Positions 61,801 to 64,000 of a DNA stretch of 64,000 nt are shown piece by piece. The position numbers were made by a program, and so were the translations under genes. Position 1 is the stretch's first letter. Each line of letters begins with the position of its first letter. This stretch comes from an uncultured Planctomycetia bacterium (GTDB lineage Bacteria > Omnitrophota > Gorgyraeia > 2-02-FULL-51-18): the NCBI GenBank assembly GCA_964431835.1, contig CAYSKO010000009.1, positions 8,330 through 72,329 on the forward strand. The letters are read 5' to 3'. The notes beneath the pieces were generated by a model that was given only the letters and a program-made list of their open reading frames with translations, did not search any database and had not been told where the DNA came from.

Positions 61801-64000
61801 TATCGTCATTAAAAACATGATGAAGGCCTCGGGCCTGCGCCTCTTCAACGCGACCGCCTACCAGGGCGGCGAGCTGCGTAACCACTCGGAACGGAGCGCG
61901 CGCGTGATCGACGCTCATACCGACAAGAACACGATCGTCGTCATCGATACCGTCAACAACGTCCACTTGAGGAACGAAGCGAAGTCGGCTGCCGAGAAGG
62001 GCGACACCAAGCTCTTCGAAGCGCTCCTCAAGTCGCGCTTCATCACGCTCGACGAATTCCACAAGTTCCTTTCGAACAAGAACTCGGGCATCATCGCGGA
62101 AAACCAGCGCATGCCGGAGCCTCGCGAAATCGAGTCGCTCATGGAAAACGTGATTTCGAAAATCGCGGACTCAAACTTCAAGCTCCATTGGGAGCCGGTG
62201 CGTTATTCCACGGAGACCGAATTTGAGGCGGCCGTCGCGAAGTACACGAACGGCGAAGGCGCGAACGAAATGAAGATCCTCATCAATTCCGAGACCGGAC
62301 AGATCAACCTGAGCAAGGCTCTCAACGACAGCCTGCGCACGGCGCTCGGCCCCGAGTTCGGTAAGGTGCGCTCGGTCATCTCGGCGCTGGACGCGAACGA
62401 ATTCCATTACAAGATCCATACCGACAAGGAAGGCAAGACGAAGGTCATCCCGGTCAACGGCCGCGAAGGCACGCCGAGCCCCGATTCGAGCTTCCAGGAC
62501 ATCGAGTACTCGATGACGCTGGCCCTGAAGCACACGAAGGGCAACACGGCGACCGCCCGAGAGATGGTCAGCCGCAGCGATACCTCGATGTCGAGCGCGA
62601 TCGCCGAGAGCGTGCACATCCCCGGCGCGGTCGTCACCGGCGTCTCGGGCACGCTCGGCGGCCTCGAGGCTCTCCAGAAATTCCAGATTGGCGAGAGGGT
62701 CGTGAACATCTCGGGTTCCGTGCTCGACGCGGTCCGCGTGGGCGGCACGAGGGGCCAGATCTTCGACATGTCGACCGGCGAGCAGGAATGGCTCGACGGC
62801 ATCAATTCGTCGCTCCGCGAGAACGTCACGGTACTCCTGGTCGTGAGCGCGAAGGAGCGCGACGCGATCGAGAAGTTCCAGAAAGGCGACTTATTCAAGT
62901 CCGCCGACGGCAAGCCGGTCGAAGTCGCGAAGATCGACTCCAACACGAGCGGCGAATCGAAGAACGGCCAGGCTTCGGAGATGGATCAGCTCGTCAAGTC
63001 GCCGTGGGGCAAGGACGGCCGCGCCCGCGTCATCCTCATCACCGAGCGCGGCTGGACGGGCCGTGACTACGCCCAGAACGCGGAGCTCGCGAAGTTCGTC
63101 GACGGCAAGCTCATGCACCAGTCGGTGCACATGGCCTTCTACAAGGCGCACACGATCGGCGCCTCCGACTTCGTGCAGGCCCTCGGCCGCGCCGGCCGCA
63201 GCGAAACCGAGGCCACGGTTCGCCGCTACTTCCTCGTGGACAAAACCGAGATCCGCCAGCGCCTTTCGGATCTGAACGACGGCCGCGTCCGTTCGGATTT
63301 CCGCCAGAAACTGAACGAGCGCCTCCGCGACAACCCCGCGGCGGTCGGCGAGACGCTGCGTCTCCTCAACAATTACGAGCGCCGCCTCAACATCGAAGAC
63401 TTGAGTCCCTCCGAACAGCTGCGCTTGAACGCTCAGTTCCTCGAGCTTTCCAACGCGATCGCCGACGGCGCGCGTCACACGGTCCGCGAGAACTGGCGCA
63501 GCTCGATCGAAATCGACCCGTTCCATCAGGCCATCAAGGCCGCCGCTCTCGCCGGCGGCAAGGGGAGCGCCCACTACCGCCGTCTGGACAAGGCTTACAA
63601 GGATCTCCTCGGCAAGCAGAGCGAAGGCGGCGATCTGACGCTGAAGGACGCCGGCGTGGGCAGCGGCGTCGACTTCGTGATGGACACGGCGCGCCAGAGC
63701 GTGAAGAACGCCAAGGAAGCGTGGAAGAACGTCGTCGACAGCATGGACGCGTCGAGCTTCGGCGCGGGCCGCCTTCTGGGCCGCGTGCCCTTCTCGATCC
63801 GCTTCTGGAAAGGCATCGTGCCGATTCCGTCGACTTCCGCGCCCGCGTACGAAGCGCGCCAGACGCTCGCCAAGCTCGAAGCGCTCGAGAAGGCTTTCCT
63901 GACCGGTAACATCGAAGCGACGCGCCTGCAGGTCGAGCGCGTCCAGCTCGGCCTCGACTCCGGCAAGGTCCGTGTCGAAACGCGCGGCATCGGCCGCCTC
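2..64000 (+). CDS. Giant multidomain surface/membrane protein, partial at both ends (at least 21,333 aa in window)
   Basis: Frame +2 reads DSAQRETRQYRGGSAGSSVISATMKLQTWTYFKG... at the start and ...GKVRVETRGIGRL at the end. Every + ORF in the track starts at position mod 3 = 0 or 1, none at 2, despite in-frame ATGs at 71, 311, etc., which implies no stop in frame +2. Spot translations across the window give protein-like sequence with strong G/C at third codon positions and recognisable catalytic motifs, all in this frame. Confidence 0.96.
4860..6670 (+). other. YD/Rhs-like Tyr/Thr-rich beta-strand region
   Basis: Segments such as YETTKNAYDPNDGRMTESTTY, ITDYKGVVTQHYYDG, QTDYKGTITTYVYDASDVLVKT, NKYGRVTETIDAGG and VFDQYMRVTEIYE resemble YD-repeat hairpins. 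No Rhs-core PxxxxDPxG signature was recognised. Confidence 0.5.
6818..7645 (+). other. Peptidase S8 (subtilisin-like serine protease) domain, catalytic triad intact
   Basis: GTGVTMAILDSG (Asp, ~6899), DDDGNGYIDDVDGWNF insert, GHGTNVA (His, ~7055), VINLSIGG, IVAAAGN (oxyanion Asn), SAFSN, SGTSMAAPLVAGAVALL (Ser, ~7460) and GAGRLDV. Confidence 0.95.
7646..7725 (+). other. Pro/Gly-rich linker
   Basis: GGPISPLAPQGPGPGGSPVPPPAGGE directly after the S8 domain. Confidence 0.75.
8340..10545 (+). repeat. DUF5666-like (small beta-barrel) repeat array 1, roughly 7 units
   Basis: Units such as MTGPVNSVNVNANTLSIAGVTVNVSQDATVED...LRNGQWIADRIVV, FTGAITAIDMAKGELTFDGKKMTFDAGTFID...INGEWKLERI and LNGPLEGVDLDRQMITINGQ follow the G-x-[IV]-x-x-[IV]-[DN]...[LI]T[IV]xG...W.A..I pattern. 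Confidence 0.6.
10560..14745 (+). repeat. 10 tandem ~143-aa galactose-binding-like beta-sandwich modules
   Basis: Motif SFxWKVxSE...DxFxFY[VI]DG...W......LxAGxHTLxWxYxKx......DxAW[LI]DD[VI] recurs at ~430-bp spacing (anchors near 10646, 11078, 11507, 11936, 12362, 12794, 13229, 13664, 14090, 14528). Confidence 0.75.
14750..18680 (+). repeat. 7 tandem ~185-aa concanavalin-A-like jelly-roll modules (DUF1080 / 3-keto-disaccharide hydrolase-like)
   Basis: Each has GxVxA[KR][IV]R[IL]...AYxYFR.....GYAVxxD....xLYR...G.Y..[LI]....LG..[FY]DP..[YF]HxLKV...G..[IM].V.VDG and ends WFDDVKV or a variant (near 15281, 15836, 16394, 16967, 17519, 18074, 18650). Confidence 0.75.
18790..30410 (+). repeat. DUF5666-like repeat array 2, roughly 35-40 diverged ~95-110-aa units (estimated from spacing)
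   Basis: Recurrent pattern GxVxxVxxxxxTITVNGRx[IV]x[IV]P....xLDG..VTFxxLxxxL......G..VEL.......GWxL. A sub-family at ~19.4-23.9 kb carries a KIYWWNG motif. Confidence 0.6.
30440..31000 (+). other. C39-like (papain-fold) peptidase domain, catalytic Cys apparently replaced
   Basis: WLQKQDSHFGISAFSAM (position of QxxxxDCGxAxL, with Phe at the Cys site), ISFEALKEEIAERAGAQIHAYNIGFSEF, LLVHMGDDHYITVDEYDAENDQIWFYE (HY-hydrophobic motif) and VSAHYFLTLWDGNVL (F...WxGxxL C-terminal C39 signature). Confidence 0.7.
31043..36500 (+). other. Unassigned ~1,800-aa region: Trp/Gly-rich start, long charged helical segments, beta-rich end
   Basis: Begins GPGIWQGYGWLPNWGGGWRNLHYWGALPN. Heptad-like K/E/D-rich helices at ~31.75-33.45 kb and ~34.4-35.7 kb; hairpin-rich sequence at 35.7-36.5 kb. 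No family motif recognised. Confidence 0.45.
36880..42520 (+). repeat. ~18 tandem alpha/beta repeats of variable length (~85-120 aa), 'QQMRIQG' repeat
   Basis: Consensus FxVxATFExNGVxQQMRIQGxGxxVEVxVxxxxxDGTxxxAWVGR......AxxNA..xA..A..xDLST...RExFxRxFE. QQMRI-type anchors near 37250, 37620, 37975, 38222, 38543, 38870, 39185, 39455, 39770, 40121, 40442, 40757, 41033, 41345, 41597, 41945, 42245 and 42510. Confidence 0.9.
42520..44800 (+). other. Thr/Gly/Asn-rich beta-hairpin region with YD-like turns
   Basis: TTTREFTYNPDGSSSVDTTRTT, HSEYNADGDRTRMTSTTT, IVYNDGSV, YRLNADGTVHY and YTFQADGTV. Confidence 0.45.
45405..46915 (+). other. Cluster of ~8-10 Gly/Ala-rich hydrophobic helices (membrane-spanning or pore/translocation domain)
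   Basis: After WWDRNK: YVYIVGAIALAAATCWIPGVNVVTASIAAGVAFTVAVVAQVVA; ILFNAINAAAQSFALANGLAALGQLV; AVTLGLTFAAANVAMTVGA; MVWTAAIQGFVVGVTAGYGA; YGVMFTVPSMIMCGLGFLLAA; VTAFVSGAIVGMIINYA; GGIAGALKGIIGWF; FNAFTANLIMWTVLI. Confidence 0.8.
48590..49330 (+). repeat. ~4 copies of a 61-aa (183 bp) helical-hairpin repeat (HEAT/ARM-like solenoid)
   Basis: LVGGDSGKLLNLANII..NAQAI..AADVLG (48599), LIGTDAAKLADVANAL..NAQSL..AAEILG (48782), MVGGDANKLATVASAI..NASSL..SASILG (48965) and LVKDARSLEKV (49148). Confidence 0.8.
49700..49830 (+). other. Single TPR-like motif
   Basis: HYTKQAEREMANGKVGEAAESYSEALRVDPMSATA matches the TPR pattern G...EA...Y..AL..DP. Confidence 0.55.
51535..52165 (+). other. Transglutaminase-like (EDR1/TGc-type) cysteine-protease-fold domain, Cys-His-Asp intact
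   Basis: FVTERIDYD...DIGEMIKEGVGVCRQKAMLVGFLLAEVGVKAKLSNG (Cys 51869), GGHAWLTVEVNG (His 51986) and FYFDPTW (Asp 52031). Confidence 0.88.
53240..53400 (+). repeat. Low-complexity 18-bp/6-aa repeat (TEAEVR/TETETR)
   Basis: ETKIETETRTETETRTEAEVRTEAEVRTEAEVRMEAETRTEAEP; DNA units gaagccgaagttcggacc / gaagctgaagttcgcacc / gaagcggaagttcgcatg. Confidence 0.85.
53470..57130 (+). other. Very long Ala/Glu/Lys/Arg-rich coiled-coil region (~1,200 aa)
   Basis: Nearly continuous helical sequence poor in aromatic residues and Gly, e.g. MLEKLNAEVETLETKKQQLETILEALNVKLQSAE and RREIEEIEDRINVLKLQIVGLLTQLSQLDDDIEKA, with occasional Pro hinges. Confidence 0.85.
57130..61480 (+). other. Unassigned all-alpha region (~1,450 aa)
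   Basis: Amphipathic A/E/L/R-rich helices; no motif recognised. Confidence 0.5.
61500..63330 (+). other. SecA-like superfamily-2 (DEAD/DEAH) ATPase domain embedded in the giant protein
   Basis: Q-like motif WRPGQ; motif I LGTAGGKT (61577-61600); motif II ITLDEFH (62051-62062); PPXD-like HYKIHTDKEGKTKVIPVNGREGTPSPDSSFQDIEYSMTLALKH; motif III TGVSGT (~62640); motif V ILITERGWTGRDY (~63041); motif VI QALGRAGR (63176-63199). Order and spacing parallel the SecA motifs TGEGKT / DEVD / GMTGT / TNMAGRGTDI / QLRGRSGR. Confidence 0.85.

Noticed and set aside
61500-63330. Calling this the housekeeping secA gene
   Set aside because: It has no separate start or stop, is in frame with the giant ORF, and its motifs diverge from canonical SecA, so no gene symbol is assigned.
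2-64000. Giant NRPS/PKS or RTX/MARTX toxin as the explanation for the size
   Set aside because: I recognised no adenylation, condensation, ketosynthase or carrier-protein motifs and no GGxGxD nonapeptide arrays in the regions translated.
1-64000. tRNA/rRNA genes, promoters, terminators, IS elements
   Set aside because: There is no intergenic space and I saw no such signatures; the window is fully coding.

Overview
The whole 64 kb window is the interior of one giant protein-coding gene on the + strand, frame +2 (codons start at position 2). It has no recognisable start and no stop, giving at least 21,333 aa. The ORF track misses it: none of its + ORFs is in this frame although in-frame ATGs occur from position 71, which implies the frame never closes. 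The listed ORFs are off-frame or antisense shadows. Manual translation gives this order: ~21 copies of a ~79-aa repeat; a YD/Rhs-like region; an S8 subtilisin with intact triad; DUF5666-like beta repeats interrupted by 10 galactose-binding-like and 7 ConA/DUF1080-like modules; a C39-like peptidase lacking the catalytic Cys, followed directly by a double-glycine-type motif; a ~1,800-aa unassigned region; ~18 copies of an unrecognised ~85-120-aa repeat; a second double-glycine motif; a cluster of hydrophobic helices; helical/TPR-like repeats; a transglutaminase-like Cys-His-Asp domain; a ~1,200-aa coiled coil; and a SecA-like SF2 ATPase. The architecture recalls giant proteins reported from Omnitrophota and similar host-attached or predatory bacteria (inference; taxonomy cannot be read from this window). 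It suggests a single-gene attach/process/translocate machine. Domain names come from motif recognition by eye, not database searches, and boundaries are approximate.
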